From: an uncultured Poribacteria bacterium
GTDB taxonomy: Bacteria; Poribacteria; WGA-4E; WGA-3G
DNA: 64,000 nucleotides
NCBI GenBank assembly: GCA_951813565.1
Contig: OX638351.1
Span: 2,816,001 to 2,880,000, forward strand
Direction: 5' to 3'
The translations under genes and the position numbers were made by a program. Shown piece after piece: positions 30,969 through 43,110 of this stretch (its first letter is position 1; every line of letters begins with the position of its first letter). The notes under the pieces were generated by a model. It did not search any database. It was not told where the DNA came from and saw nothing but the letters and a program-made list of their open reading frames with translations.

Positions 30969-31502
30969 TTAGCCCCACAAAAGCACAGAATGATCTTCAC
31001 TACCGCTGGCAATAGAGCTGTCATCAGGTGAATACGCTACGCTTCTGACAGAACCGATGTGTCCCTTGAGTGTGGCTTTTGGCTCCTCTGTGGCAACGTC
31101 CCATAGTATCCCAATGTTGTCCGCACCGCCACTCGCGAGCGTGCTGCCATCAGGTGAATATGCTAACGCCCTAACATAGTCCCTATGTTCTTTAAGTGTT
31201 GCTTTCGGAACCCCCGTAACACTATCCCATAGCCATATCTCTTCATAACTCCCGGTCGCCACTGTTTCGCCATCCGGGGAATACGCTACGCTCCAAACAT
31301 ATTCTGTATGTCCTGCAAGGAGGCTAACTTCTTCACCACTATGTGCATCGTATATCCATGTCCCGATATCACCTGCTACAGCAAGTCGAGTGCCATCTGG
31401 AGAAAACGCGACATTGCCTATGATACTACTTTTGCCAAGTCTAAGTTTTGCACCTTCAGGTAATTCTGATTGTGATGTGCCTTGTTCGTTATTTGTGTTC
31501 AT
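30969..31502 (-). CDS. WD40 repeat protein
   Basis: GHT..V.SVAYSPDG..LASG..D..LWD repeats. Confidence 0.88.
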   Translation of the reverse strand: MNTNNEQGTSQSELPEGAKLRLGKSSIIGNVAFSPDGTRLAVAGDIGTWIYDAHSGEEVSLLAGHTEYVWSVAYSPDGETVATGSYEEIWLWDSVTGVPKATLKEHRDYVRALAYSPDGSTLASGGADNIGILWDVATEEPKATLKGHIGSVRSVAYSPDDSSIASGSEDHSVLLWG

Positions 31503-32051
31503 TTAGCATTTTTTCCTTATTCAAAGTTCTGGATAGAGTATAATACCAAATTAACGGAATTCGTCTTGTTTTTCCAGTGTTTTTTCTACTCTTCCGCTCC
31601 AGCGGAGCGGTATGTTTATAGTAACGTGGAGTTTTCTGTCTTCCGCTCCAGCGGAGCGGTATGTAAAGACGATGAATCAAATGAATCTGGTATAACACAG
31701 ATAAATGAATTAAGCAATAGCCTGAAACGTCTTGATTTAGATGTAAATATTCGCTAATTTCTGAATCGCGAATTGGACGGGTTACACAGATTACGCGGAT
31801 TTTGGGAAAGCCATCTGTTAAATCAATGTTGATATATTAGGGTTAAATATCCTTAGGGTGTGTAAAGTTTTTTGCATGAACAATTAGAAGCAAAATCAAG
31901 GATACCCAAGCCGTGATTGACAATGCCACTGAACGCAAAAATGCCATTCTTACAAGTATCTATAAAGGTAGATGTGGTTTCCTAACCGCACCTACCCCTT
32001 AAGACCTAAACTCACAGTTAATCTCATAAAATGAAATACTTAAAACTAAAT

Positions 32052-32318
32052 AAGGGGTGTGCATAAATAATTTCGATGTTAAATATGCGCTTAAAGGTAG
32101 TCCGCACACGCCGTGGGTTTCCGTCCACAAGTTCAAAGAGGCGCAGCATGCCACACGGTGAATGCCATAAGGCATTCATACCGTTGATTTCTTGATTTGG
32201 CGCATGCTGCGTTGATTTGGCAATGAATTCGCGACTACAAACGCATTTCTATAAATCAAGCGGCACCTGGCGTCTGTCCCTGTCTGTGTTGATGCGCCAA
32301 ATATTTTGCACACCCCTC
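32052..32318. mobile_element. MITE, copy 2 (inverted relative to 2831-3151)
   Basis: Same TIRs and body, ~50 bp shorter; 8-bp TSD AACTAAAT. Confidence 0.85.
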
Positions 32319-32458
32319 AACTAAATAACCCTGAAGGAATGCGTTTTTTGTTTGATTTTCGGTTGTTTTTATGGTATGATACTGTTATTGATGGCTTTTA
32401 GTGATATAGTGGTAAAGTATAATCTTGATTCTGAGTACTCAGTATTGAGGAGACACCC

Positions 32459-32797
32459 ATGGCGAATAACATACCGATGCCTCGCGAGGACCATTGGAGC
32501 CGCCCAGTGGCGATGGCGCCCAACGGGCAATGGCTCTCTTTGCAGGAAGTAGTAGAAGAGGAACCTGCACGGTTCTCCTTTATCCAATTAACTCCTGAAC
32601 AACAGGCAGAATTGGTTGCGGAACGTATTCGACAACGCCCCAAATATGATATAGGTATTCTCGGTCTTGGAGTCCTGGACAAAAAACGTGCTATTAATGA
32701 AGTGCGGGCCCTCACGCCTATAGGATGCACCTTAATTGAGGTCGAGCAGCGAATGATTGAACGTTTGATCAAACGTGCCTATGAAAAAGACCTATAA
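32459..32797 (+). CDS. Hypothetical protein
   Basis: 112-aa ORF with GAGGAG RBS. Confidence 0.65.
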   Translation: MANNIPMPREDHWSRPVAMAPNGQWLSLQEVVEEEPARFSFIQLTPEQQAELVAERIRQRPKYDIGILGLGVLDKKRAINEVRALTPIGCTLIEVEQRMIERLIKRAYEKDL

Positions 32798-32842
32798 CAG
32801 TGGAAAATAAAAACGCCATCTCAACAAAAACGACGCGTTGAC

Positions 32843-33464
32843 TTGAAACCTGACTTGAAAATCCTTGCTATTGATTCCAGTTACGATCAGATTACAAAAG
32901 CCTCCTACGACTATCGAAACCGGCATGTTTATCCTTATTTGGAATCCAGAGGGTTTGAAATTGTCCGTTGTCAGGGGAGATCTGCGCGTCGTATTTACGT
33001 TGAACCGGAGATATGTCTACGTAACCGGCGTAGGACAAGGTACCGATACAACGTATATGGGAGAGCATTGTGACCCCATTTTTGACATAGGGAACTCTCA
33101 ATCTGAGGAATTACGTAACAAGGTGGTACACTTTTTTGCCTGTCAAACTGCTGCTAAACTCGGAGCAGCCTCTGTAAATCATGGATGCCTTGCCTATTTT
33201 GGATATGATAAAGACTTTATAGTTTCTATGCATGTTTCTGATGTCTTTTTTGACTGTGATTCTGAAATCGATCGAGCATTCGCTGACGGTTTGACCGCGG
33301 AAGAAGTATACGACCGTGTAATTGCCCACTACGATGAAAAAATAGACGAATTAGAAGGCGGCGGACACGACGAGGCTGCAGCCGCTTTAATATACAATCG
33401 CGACCACCTCTGTGCGCCATCAGTTGACCCGAAATGGGGAAACAAAAAAGCCAGAATCATATAA
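32843..33464 (+). pseudogene. Frameshifted hypothetical protein, possible caspase/gingipain-fold peptidase
   Basis: Protein-like N-half (32843 frame) and C-half (32865 frame) switch near 33010; VTGVGQG and FFAC resemble HG/xC motifs. Confidence 0.45.
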
Positions 33465-33514
33465 TCATAGGCAATCAGATTATAAATATTACGAGTTAGA
33501 GGTAACAAAAAAAC

Positions 33515-34918
33515 ATGAAAACACAAACGATGTATGAAAAGATATGGGACGCGCATCTCGTGCGGGCATCCGCAGATGAGGTGCCGATTCTTTATATTGA
33601 CACACACCTTGTTCACGAAGTGACGTCCCCACAAGCATTTGAAGGGTTACGGCTCAACAACCGAAAGGTACGCCGTCCCGAACTGACGTTCGCTACGATG
33701 GATCACAACGTGCCGACAACGGATAGAAGCCTGCCAATTAAAGATCAGATTGCAGCGAAGCAGATGGAAACACTTGCACAAAACTGCACAGAGTTTGATA
33801 TTCCACTCTATGACATCAACAGTCCTGAGCAAGGCATTGTTCATGTCATCGGACCTGAACTCGGTATCACACAGCCCGGAAAAACGATTGTGTGCGGTGA
33901 TAGTCATACCTCAACACACGGTGCGCTCGGTGCACTTGCATTCGGCATCGGCACAAGTGAGATTGAGCATGTCCTTGCAACGCAGTGTCTCTTACAACAC
34001 AAGTCGGAAACCTTTGAAATACGAGTTGATGGCACACTGCCCTACGGCGTTACTGCGAAAGATATTATCCTCTCTATTATCGGACATATCGGTATAGACG
34101 GTGGCAACGGTGCTGTGGTTGAATATACAGGCTCTACGATCCGCTCCCTCAGTATTGAAGAACGGATGACGATATGCAATATGTCTATTGAAGCGGGTGC
34201 CCGTGCAGGCATGATTGCCCCTGATGACACGACTTACGAATACATCGCTGGCAAACGTTTTGCACCGAAAGGTGAAGCGTTTGATGCGTCAGTAGAACGT
34301 TGGAAGCAACTCCCGACTGACGATGGAGCAACCTATGATCGCATCCTAAAACTTGATGCTGCTGATATAGCACCACAGGTGACATGGGGCACAAACCCCG
34401 GTATGGTTACTGATGTGACGGGGCGTGTGCCAAATCCTGTGGATATGGACACAACTGATGAGAAACGTGCTGCAGAACATGCATTGGAATATATGGATCT
34501 AAAACCCGGTACTCCGATGACGGACATTCCAGTTGACAGAGTTTTTATCGGCAGTTGTACGAACTCGCGTATTAGTGATTTACGTGCTGCAGCAGAGGTT
34601 GTGAAGGGCAGGAAAGTTGCAGAAACTGTCAACGCAATGGTTGTTCCCGGTTCACAAGCAGTCAAACGGCAAGCGGAATCGGAAGGGCTTGACGATATTT
34701 TCCGCTCTGCAGGTTTTGAATGGCGAGAAGCAGGTTGTAGCATGTGCCTCGGCATGAATCCCGATACGCTGATGCCAGGACAACGTTGCGCAAGCACATC
34801 AAATCGGAATTTTGAAGGTCGGCAAGGCAAAGGTGGACGCACACACCTTGTTAGTCCACAGATGGCTGCTGCGACTGCAGTAACAGGTCATTTTGTAGAC
34901 ATCCGGACGTTTGGATAG
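33515..34918 (+). CDS. leuC: 3-isopropylmalate dehydratase large subunit
   Basis: [43 protein letters not shown]. Confidence 0.98.
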   Translation: MKTQTMYEKIWDAHLVRASADEVPILYIDTHLVHEVTSPQAFEGLRLNNRKVRRPELTFATMDHNVPTTDRSLPIKDQIAAKQMETLAQNCTEFDIPLYDINSPEQGIVHVIGPELGITQPGKTIVCGDSHTSTHGALGALAFGIGTSEIEHVLATQCLLQHKSETFEIRVDGTLPYGVTAKDIILSIIGHIGIDGGNGAVVEYTGSTIRSLSIEERMTICNMSIEAGARAGMIAPDDTTYEYIAGKRFAPKGEAFDASVERWKQLPTDDGATYDRILKLDAADIAPQVTWGTNPGMVTDVTGRVPNPVDMDTTDEKRAAEHALEYMDLKPGTPMTDIPVDRVFIGSCTNSRISDLRAAAEVVKGRKVAETVNAMVVPGSQAVKRQAESEGLDDIFRSAGFEWREAGCSMCLGMNPDTLMPGQRCASTSNRNFEGRQGKGGRTHLVSPQMAAATAVTGHFVDIRTFG

Positions 34919-34995
34919 GTTACATACAGGCTTGCACAAATGGCAAAGAACATACCAGCAACGTCCGCCTTACCAAGGAAAATACGGAGGTAACA

Positions 34996-35202
34996 ATGGA
35001 ATCTACCATCATTGAAAAAATCAAGGAGCTTCCACCGGAGCTCCAAGAAGAAGTTATTAATTTCATTGATTTCTTACGAACAAAAAGAAGCTCAAAACAG
35101 AAGAAAAAACCAAACTTGAAATGGATTGGCGGATTAAAAGCGTATCGAGACCAGTTTACAGCCCTTGAACTTCAGAAAAAAGGGGCAGATTGGAGGGATT
35201 AG
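34996..35202 (+). CDS. DUF2281-like antitoxin
   Basis: LPPELQEEVINFIDFL motif; directly upstream of PIN gene. Confidence 0.75.
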   Translation: MESTIIEKIKELPPELQEEVINFIDFLRTKRSSKQKKKPNLKWIGGLKAYRDQFTALELQKKGADWRD

Positions 35203-35594
35203 TGTACCTCGCGGATACCAATATTTTTCTTGAAGCCTTGTTGGGACAAGACAAAAAGGACGATGTCCAATTATTCTTACAGAATATTAACTTGAGCACA
35301 ATCTTCATAACAGATTTGTCCCTTCATTCCATAGGTATTATTCTGTATCGATTGAAGAATTTTGCACTCTTTAGTTCGTTCATAGAGGATATAATTGTTG
35401 ACGGAGTCGATATCCTCTCATTACCTCCGGAAGATCTTAAAACGCTGGATCTGACAGCCGATAAATTTAACCTTGACTTTGACGATGCGTACCAATACGC
35501 TGTTGCCGCGAAATATGAGATGCAACTCATCAGTTTTGATACGGATTTTGATCGAACTGAAAGGAAACGAAAGGAACCCATTGAGGTGTTATAG
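35202..35594 (+). CDS. PIN-domain (VapC-like) toxin
   Basis: YLADTNIFLE, LDFDDAYQY, ISFDTDFD. Confidence 0.88.
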   Translation: MYLADTNIFLEALLGQDKKDDVQLFLQNINLSTIFITDLSLHSIGIILYRLKNFALFSSFIEDIIVDGVDILSLPPEDLKTLDLTADKFNLDFDDAYQYAVAAKYEMQLISFDTDFDRTERKRKEPIEVL

Positions 35595-35724
35595 CGGATT
35601 CTACAATTAACTGGACATCTGAGCTGTCCGAGGGAACTCCGATTCCCGACTAACAGTGGTTTCATCGCGATTCGGAGATCGCTCGGACAGAATATATGTG
35701 AACTTATTTACATAATTTACTATA
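35590..35724. repeat. 135-bp MITE-like repeat, inverted copy at 59399-59533
   Basis: Near-identical reverse-complement copies with TATA ends. Confidence 0.8.
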
Positions 35725-35801
35725 TAATAAATTCTTCGGTAGTATGAAACCCAAATTTATCTGAAAATGCCAGAAAATACCAGAAGGAGAAGACAGAAAA
35801 G

Positions 35802-36392
35802 ATGGAAGCATTCAAAGAACACGTTGGACTTGTTGTTCCACTTGACCGCATTAATGTTGACACCGACCAGATTATCCCAAAACAATTCCTAAAACGGATT
35901 GAACGGACCGGCTTCGGTGAATTTTTATTTTATGATTGGCGTTATCTTGAAAATGGCGACCCGAATCCGGAGTTTGTGCTGAACCATCCCCGTTATGCTG
36001 GAGCAAGTATCCTAATTGCTGGCGTAAACTTCGGTTGTGGCAGTTCACGTGAACATGCACCTTGGGCATTGCAGCAATACGGTTTTAAAGCGATTCTGGC
36101 ACCGTCGTTTGCCGACATCTTCCGCAATAATTGTTATAAGAACGGAATATTGCCTATCGCCTTGCCTGTAGGTGTTATCGCCTCGCTTAGTCAAGAAGCA
36201 CAGGATACTGAAGGGTATCGGTTGATGGTAGATTTAGAGGAACAATCGGTAATCTGTCCTGATGGAACGGCACACACTTATGAAATCGGTGATTTTGAGA
36301 AGTATTGTTTGCTAAACGGACTTGATGAGATAGGTTGGACCTTGCAGTATGAGGCGGACATTGCTGCGTATGAAAATCAAAATCGCTTATAG
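35802..36392 (+). CDS. leuD: 3-isopropylmalate dehydratase small subunit
   Basis: [28 protein letters not shown]. Confidence 0.98.
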   Translation: MEAFKEHVGLVVPLDRINVDTDQIIPKQFLKRIERTGFGEFLFYDWRYLENGDPNPEFVLNHPRYAGASILIAGVNFGCGSSREHAPWALQQYGFKAILAPSFADIFRNNCYKNGILPIALPVGVIASLSQEAQDTEGYRLMVDLEEQSVICPDGTAHTYEIGDFEKYCLLNGLDEIGWTLQYEADIAAYENQNRL

Positions 36393-36485
36393 ACGCAAAG
36401 TCTGCTCGTTCAAACTATTTCTCACGACCTTGATACTATTAACCTGCATCAGGCATTACTACGCAAAATTAAGATGGAGGTAGAA

Positions 36486-36808
36486 ATGGCACAACCAAAA
36501 AAGATTAGAGCTACCTACAAAAATGGTGTGATTGAACCGTTAGACAAACTTAACCTTCCCGAAGGACAAGAACTTGAGCTTGAATTCAAAGTACTCCCCT
36601 CTGCCACTTCTGAACTTTCTAAAGAAGAAAAAAAGAGGTGATTCGGAAAATGTGAGGCTCAATGAAAGGCACATAGGGAACTACCGTTGAAGAAATTAAT
36701 GCTTATCTCACGTCAGAAAGGAAGTCATGGGACAGAGAACTTTAGAAATAGGCTCAGCAGATTCTGAACCCACTTCTGTGTTATTGGATACGTCCGTTTT
36801 TATATAGT
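36486..36808 (+). pseudogene. Decayed antitoxin (AF2212/DUF104-like) plus PIN toxin remnant
   Basis: MAQPKKIRATYKNGVIEPL.. with premature stops, followed by VLLDTSVFI*. Confidence 0.55.
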
Positions 36809-37088
36809 TATACCATTTCTAATATATGAATGTATCATTCTCGGCGGAGATTCTGTAGGAGCGACCTCCCGGTCGCGACCAGGAGGTCGCTCCTACAGAG
36901 GATATTTTCCAATTATATTTGATCCCATAAAATTTCCGTAATGGGTTTTTGTTTATTAGAATTTGTATTATGTCCGATCAATCGGCATCTATCTTTAGAA
37001 CTGGTTTTACTTCTCCGCAATAGTCTGCAAAACTGCATCCGAAAATACGTATAAGTGAATACGAAAAATTTATGCAGTGGAGAAGTAA

Positions 37089-38669
37089 ATGAGGACTTTA
37101 TCAGATAAAATCACGCTTAGTCTTGACAGTGATGCAGACGTGTTGGTCAAAGCCTTCATTGCCCCGATTGAATACACCCAACGCAACTATCACGTGGACT
37201 GGGACGAATTGGCGAACCTAAAGGCTGTTGAACCGGAGAAACAATATCCTACCTCCGTTTTTCAAGCATTTCTGCCATCGGAATCGGTTTCAGTGGGTGA
37301 ATGCTGGCAGATTGAAGAAGAAGGGGCATTAACGCTGCTAAGACAACTCAGTCCAAACCCACAATTGGAGTTGGAAATTGGTGGGGCGGATTCTTACGGT
37401 TTGTGGGCATGTCTACGCGCCTACAATGATGTGTTTGCTGAGATTCTGTTCCGTATCCACGCGGAATTCGTCTTAGAAAAAGGTTGGTTTGCCCCATCGC
37501 AGTTTGCCGGACATGCGGTTATAGATCGGGTCGAAAAGAAAGTTGCCTCCTTCAAGATGCACGTTCCGGATGCCACACTGAACTTTGATGCACGTTGGAG
37601 AATTAGAGATGGACTCTGCGGAGCGGACATCGGCTTTTGCCCGCAAATGGAACTCTGTGCAGGTGAACAAGACGTTTTTCAAGATGCCAAATTCACAGAA
37701 GCGATCACCCAAGAGGAAGCATTGCAAGCACTGATGTTACGTTTTTACAAATCAGCGCGAATTAACTGGGTCCCGCTGGAGGAAGCGTTGGAATTGGCAC
37801 CTGCATTACAGAAACCAATTCACGCCATTTCATCAGGTGGTCCGCTTGCAGACGAGTCGTGCTGAGGGAGTGGCAAAAGCCTGAGGGCAGGTGCCCTCTC
37901 TGACGATCAAAACATTGAATTCCTGAACGAAAATTTCATCAACACTTGGGTGGCAGATGCTGAATTAGGGCGTATCCACAGTTTGCGAGAACCGATTGCC
38001 AAGAGACGCGAGCGCGAGGGTGAGACGTTTGACACAAGCCATCCGTTAGCACAAGCCATTATAAAGGGGTGGAAAACCGGATCGAAAAAAGGTTCACCCG
38101 TAGATTGTTTCGTCATATCACCTGATTTTGAACTGATGGGCAGACAACTTGTCAATGAAATCTATAACGACAGTAGACGTAAGGGATTACTTTCGGATGA
38201 AGAGTATTACCTTATGTTTCTCAAGGAGTGCTTGGAGGGAAAGCAACCCGGATTGGGGAACATCACTCTGAACAGTGAAGAACCTTCTCAGGAGGTCCTT
38301 GAGGTTTTCCGAACACCAGTGGTTGGCTATCAGGATTACACCATTGTTGTCATTGACACAAGGGCGTTTGAAAATGGTGGCACGTTAACCGTTGATATTG
38401 AAACTGGTAGAGCGGATGCGGAAGGGCACTTCTATTTGTTTGATGGTGACAGCGAGCTTCCAATGGATGAACGGGTGCCTAAAGATAAAAGACTTGCTTC
38501 TGCATGGATTGAGCCTGATGAGACAGGGCAACTCACACATCGCTTTGACCGAGGCGCGTTTTTTAGATTAGGTGCTACCGGGTGTTACGGTAGAAGTGAG
38601 AAAGGCAGCACAAATGCTTTTAAGGCAAAAATTTCTGTAGAGCCAGTGGAGAAACCCAGATCAATGTAG
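37089..38669 (+). CDS. Selenoprotein N-like protein, in-frame UGA at 37863 read as Sec (526 aa)
   Basis: Two same-frame ORFs joined by ESC-UGA-GSG; WACLRA, FRIHAEF, DIGFCPQMEL and LNENFINTW match eukaryotic SelN blocks; hairpin at 37883-37898. Confidence 0.85.
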
Positions 38670-39075
38670 TGCTCTGTCCATCTTAAAACTATGGGTTTTG
38701 TTGCATGAGAAACCTAACCCTCATGAGTTTTGACGTTCAAGTTGGGTATTCGTAGGGACGTGGTCCCCACGCCCGATCTACAGAAACTCACAAACCAAGC
38801 GGGTTGGGGAACCCAACCGCTACGTATTCAACTACCGATTTTGATTGTCAAAGTTCATAAGGTAGAAGCACTCTCCGAATCGCGACTGCTAAATGAAACT
38901 TGACAGAACAGTAGCATTTGCGATGCTATACATACTAAAGTTTGGATAAAGTCAAATTAAAATTACGTTTTTTTCTGAAAGATGTTATAATGTTACTGGA
39001 CCTATAGACAGTGTTTTGTAATCAAAACAAACTACATTTTGGCGATACCTTTAATGCGATATAGAGGTAAGAATC

Positions 39076-39360
39076 ATGCTTTCTATCACGTTGGATGTCC
39101 CTAGTGAACTTTCAACCCCACTTTCTATTTCCGGCTATAATCAAGAGAAACTGACTGAAGAGGCAAAACGGTTGCTTGCGATTTCTCTCTTCGAGCGCAA
39201 CATTCTTTCTTTAGGGCAAGCTGCAAAATTGGCAGAACTACACTTATGGGATTTTATTCGACTTCTGAGTCAGCAGGATATCCCGGTTGCTGAATACGAT
39301 GAGGAGGAAATCCAACAGGAATTGAAGACTGTCGAATGCTTAATACAACAAACAAAGTAA
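39076..39360 (+). CDS. UPF0175-like antitoxin
   Basis: LSLGQAAKLA..F..LL HTH motif. Confidence 0.8.
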   Translation: MLSITLDVPSELSTPLSISGYNQEKLTEEAKRLLAISLFERNILSLGQAAKLAELHLWDFIRLLSQQDIPVAEYDEEEIQQELKTVECLIQQTK

Positions 39361-39863
39361 CTGATGCAAACAAGTTGATAGCTGTAGCTGATGCCTCATT
39401 TGTAATTGGTATCTCTCTTTGCCTACAGTGGGACACTTTGAAAGCACTTGTTGAAACGTTGATCATCGCGGACAAAGTTTGGGAGGAAGTTGTTGAAAGA
39501 GGAGAAGGGAGACCGGGAGAAAAAGAATTGCGACAGGCGACTTTTGTTGAAAGGCAAACCGTTTCTAACACATCAGCAGTTACAATGCTAATGACAACAC
39601 TAGATAAAGGAGAGGCTGAAACGCTTGTATTAGCAACAGAACAGGGTATAACGAGCGTGTTTGTTGATGACCTACGCGGGCGAAAAGTTGCTCAATCTTT
39701 AGGATTGCAAGCAGTCGGTGTAGCAGGTTTTCTTTTGTTTGCGAAAAAGAAGGGCAAAATTAGAGCGGTTCGACCGTTACTATTACAACTCCAGCAAAAA
39801 GGCTTCCGGCTCAGCAGTAGATTGATCAACGCGGTGCTTGAAGAGGCGAGCGAAACACTTTGA
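39336..39863 (+). CDS. DUF3368-like PIN-domain protein
   Basis: VADAS, LDKGEAE, VDDLRGRKVA, GFRLS. Confidence 0.82.
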   Translation: MLNTTNKVTDANKLIAVADASFVIGISLCLQWDTLKALVETLIIADKVWEEVVERGEGRPGEKELRQATFVERQTVSNTSAVTMLMTTLDKGEAETLVLATEQGITSVFVDDLRGRKVAQSLGLQAVGVAGFLLFAKKKGKIRAVRPLLLQLQQKGFRLSSRLINAVLEEASETL

Positions 39864-39965
39864 AAACTTAACTTGCACGCAACGCGAATTGTCCAACTTT
39901 AGTATACATAAGTGCATCCGAAAATGTGTATAGATGAATAAAAAATTTCTTTAGTGGAGAATTAA

Positions 39966-42002
39966 ATGAGGACTTTATCAGATAAAATCACGCTTAATTT
40001 TGACGGTGATGTTAAGGTGTTAGTTAAAGCCTTCATCGCACCGTTTGAATACGACTCATCCGACTTTCACGTGGAGTGGGACGAATTGGCGAACCTGCGG
40101 GTTGCTGAACCAGAGAAACAATATCCTGCTTCGGTTTTTCAATCTTTTCTACCGTCAGAATCGGTTGCAGTGGGTGAATGTTGGCAGATTCAAGAAGAAG
40201 CTGCATTAACATTGTTGAGACAACTCAACCCGCGTCCACAACTGAAGTTGCATATTAATTCGGGAGATCCTCGGCGTGCTATGTGGGCATGTCTGCGTGC
40301 TTACAATAACGAATTTGCTGAGATTCTATTCCGTATCCATGGACAATTCGTCATGAATCGCGGTTGGTTGACACCTTCACAATTTGCTGGACATCTGATC
40401 ATTGACCGGCTTCAAGAAAATATCGTCTCCTTCAAGATGCATGTGCCTCCAACGACACTGAACTTTGATATCGGTTGGACGCAAGAAGACGGGAACACTG
40501 CTGCGGCTATCGGCTATTGCCCGCAAATGGAGCTCTCTGCTGGCACACAACTGCCTGATGTCGCATTCATCGCGTCAATCACGCAAGAGAAAGCGGGACA
40601 CGCTCTGGTATCGTGCTTCTATAAGTTTCAGAAAATTAACTGGGTATCGCTGGAGGAAGCGTTAGAGATGGCACCCGCACAGCAGAAACCGGTTCATGTA
40701 ATTTCGGTAGATGGACCGCTCTTTGACGAGGCGTGCTGAGGGAGTGGTAAAATCCTGAGGGCAGTTGAGCTCTCTGAAGATCGAATCATAGAATTCTTGA
40801 ACCAAAACTTCATCAACGCGTGGGTACCCAACGCTGAATTAGGACGAACCCCCAGTCTGCGAGAACCGATTGCCAAGCGACGCGAACGCGAAGGTAAGAC
40901 CTTCGACACAAGCCATCCCTTAGCACAAGCAATTATCAAAACCTGGAAAAAGGGTTCACCAGTGGATTGTTTGGTTATCTCACCGGAGTTTGAAGCGATG
41001 GGCGGCATAGACTATAATTTTTTCCCCGAATGTTTGGGCGAGTTTGAGGACGAGGCAGAGGCTTACCTATTTTTTCTCAAAGCATCCATGGAAGGAAAAC
41101 GTCCTGGCTTGGGAGACATCATCCTTACTCCTGAACAACCCTCACAGGAGGTAATTGACACTATTCACACTCCGAAAATGGCACATCAGGACTACACAGT
41201 TGTCGGTATTGACACCACGGCGTTTGAAGGTGGTGGCACACTCACTGCCAACATCCAAGTCGGAAGAGACAAAGGAATAGGGATTTTCCATCTCCTCGAT
41301 GGAGACAAAAAACTTCCGACGGAAAAAGTGCCTGATGGCATTGATCCTACAGAATGGAACAGCCAAGAAAGCGATGAATATAAGAAGGCACTTGGCGCAC
41401 TTACCAGAGTCTGGGGGATATTCCCCGGTGAAACTGGACAAATTACGTATCAGTTCAATCGTGGTCAACGCTTTAAATTATGTGCGACTGGGGATCAATG
41501 GGGTGGGATAGGAGACATAAACGCATTTCACGCAAAAATTTCTGTAGAGAGGAATCAAGTCGGATCCCTGGAAGAGAGACCTATTGGAATATCATCAGCT
41601 CCATTAAACGAGCTCAGCGTTGTACTCAATGCCGAAAAATCTGAGCAAGAAGTTTTGCTCAATTTTCGCTCCCCGGGCAAAGGTTACCAAGATTACACCG
41701 TTGTCAGTGTTGATACTACGGCGTTTGAAGATGGCGGAGTCCTGATCGTTGATATCCGAGTTGGGGACGCAAAAGCGTCTGCGTCGTTTGATCTGTTTGA
41801 TAGCGACACCGAACTCCCGACAGAAGGGATACCCGAGGCACTCGTCTCGGCGTGGGGTATTAAACCCGGTAACTCAGGGATAATCAGACATCGTTTTGAG
41901 CGAGGCGCCGTCTTTAAACTGGGTGCCACCGGCGACTGGTTCAGTAAAAAAGGGGACATGAACGCTTTTGAAGCAAAAATCGCTGTGGAAGCGGCAGACT
42001 GA
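39966..42002 (+). CDS. Selenoprotein N-like paralog, in-frame UGA at 40737 (678 aa)
   Basis: EAC-UGA-GSG; same frame on both sides; hairpin at 40757-40774; C-terminal domain duplicated. Confidence 0.85.
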
Positions 42003-42695
42003 TCACTGATTGCTGACATCCGATAGCTGCACAAACTGGTATCCGTCCCGTTTAAGTGCTGTGATGATTCGGTCTGTTGCTTCGATTGTCCCTGAACGGT
42101 TTGCGTCCTTATTTTCCGCTTTCCCATCGTGTAGGACGATAATCGAACCCGGTTTAGTCTTTTGCAATACCTTTTCAGTGATCCTATCTGGGTTTTGGGT
42201 CGTCCAATCCCAACTCCACACATTGCAACTGATATGTGGTCGGTTTTCCTTTGCAAGAACCCATGCGACTGGCAAAAAGCGTGTTAGCATTGGTGCTCGA
42301 AATACTATCTCCTCCGAAATCGCGTGTTGCCTAATTAGGTCGTCCGTACGTTCAATTTCCCGCTGGACATAGATCGGCGGCAGAAAACCGAGCACTGGAT
42401 GGCTATAGGTGTGATTGCCAATCTGGTGATCCTCGGCAATAATCCGATTTACTGTTTCAGGATGCTTCTCAATCCGATTTCCAATCATGAAGAATGTGGC
42501 TTTGACGTTGTGCTTCGCGAGGACATCAAGTAACCGCTCAGTATAAGGCGGATTTGGTCCATCATCGTAAGTGAGCGCGACAACCTTCTGATCTGTGTTC
42601 AGGCGAACGACATTCTTCCCGAACGGTGGTCTGAAGAAATACCATAGTAATATTACCGTTGCAAATCCTACCACAATGATAATTATTAAATTCAC
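42003..42695 (-). CDS. Polysaccharide deacetylase (NodB family)
   Basis: LTYDDGP, NHTYSH, FRAP, IVLHD. Confidence 0.92.
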   Translation of the reverse strand: MNLIIIIVVGFATVILLWYFFRPPFGKNVVRLNTDQKVVALTYDDGPNPPYTERLLDVLAKHNVKATFFMIGNRIEKHPETVNRIIAEDHQIGNHTYSHPVLGFLPPIYVQREIERTDDLIRQHAISEEIVFRAPMLTRFLPVAWVLAKENRPHISCNVWSWDWTTQNPDRITEKVLQKTKPGSIIVLHDGKAENKDANRSGTIEATDRIITALKRDGYQFVQLSDVSNQ

Positions 42696-43110
42696 TATAA
42701 TTGATGCCTCAAAAATCTTAGAGTGAACGATTTATTGGGAATTGGCTTTCTCTAAATCCTTACATCCAACTCACGTTTTCTATATAATACCATTTCTGAT
42801 TAAAATTGTAGCATAAACTTTCAGTTTGTGTTTCCTTTGTAGCATAGACTGTTAGTCTGTGCGCTAAGGTGCGGTTAATGGAATATAAACTTTTAGAAAT
42901 GGTATTATACGAGAAGCCTCCACTGCTTGACAACATTTTTTCAAAAGCAAAATCATACCTAATGCGTCTGACACTGAATACGGATTGCCAATGCCTGACA
43001 ACTGGTAACCGAATATCCGTGCCGCTATACAGGTTTTTTCTTGACGGTTTCGGTCAAATGTATTATCATTTTAGTTGATTCCGATGCAGCATCATTTGAA
43101 AGGAACAACA

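Noticed and set aside
37863..40739. In-frame TGA as nonsense mutations or an alternative genetic code
   Set aside because: Same position in both paralogs within C-U-GSG with conserved hairpins; other genes in the window use TGA as a normal stop.
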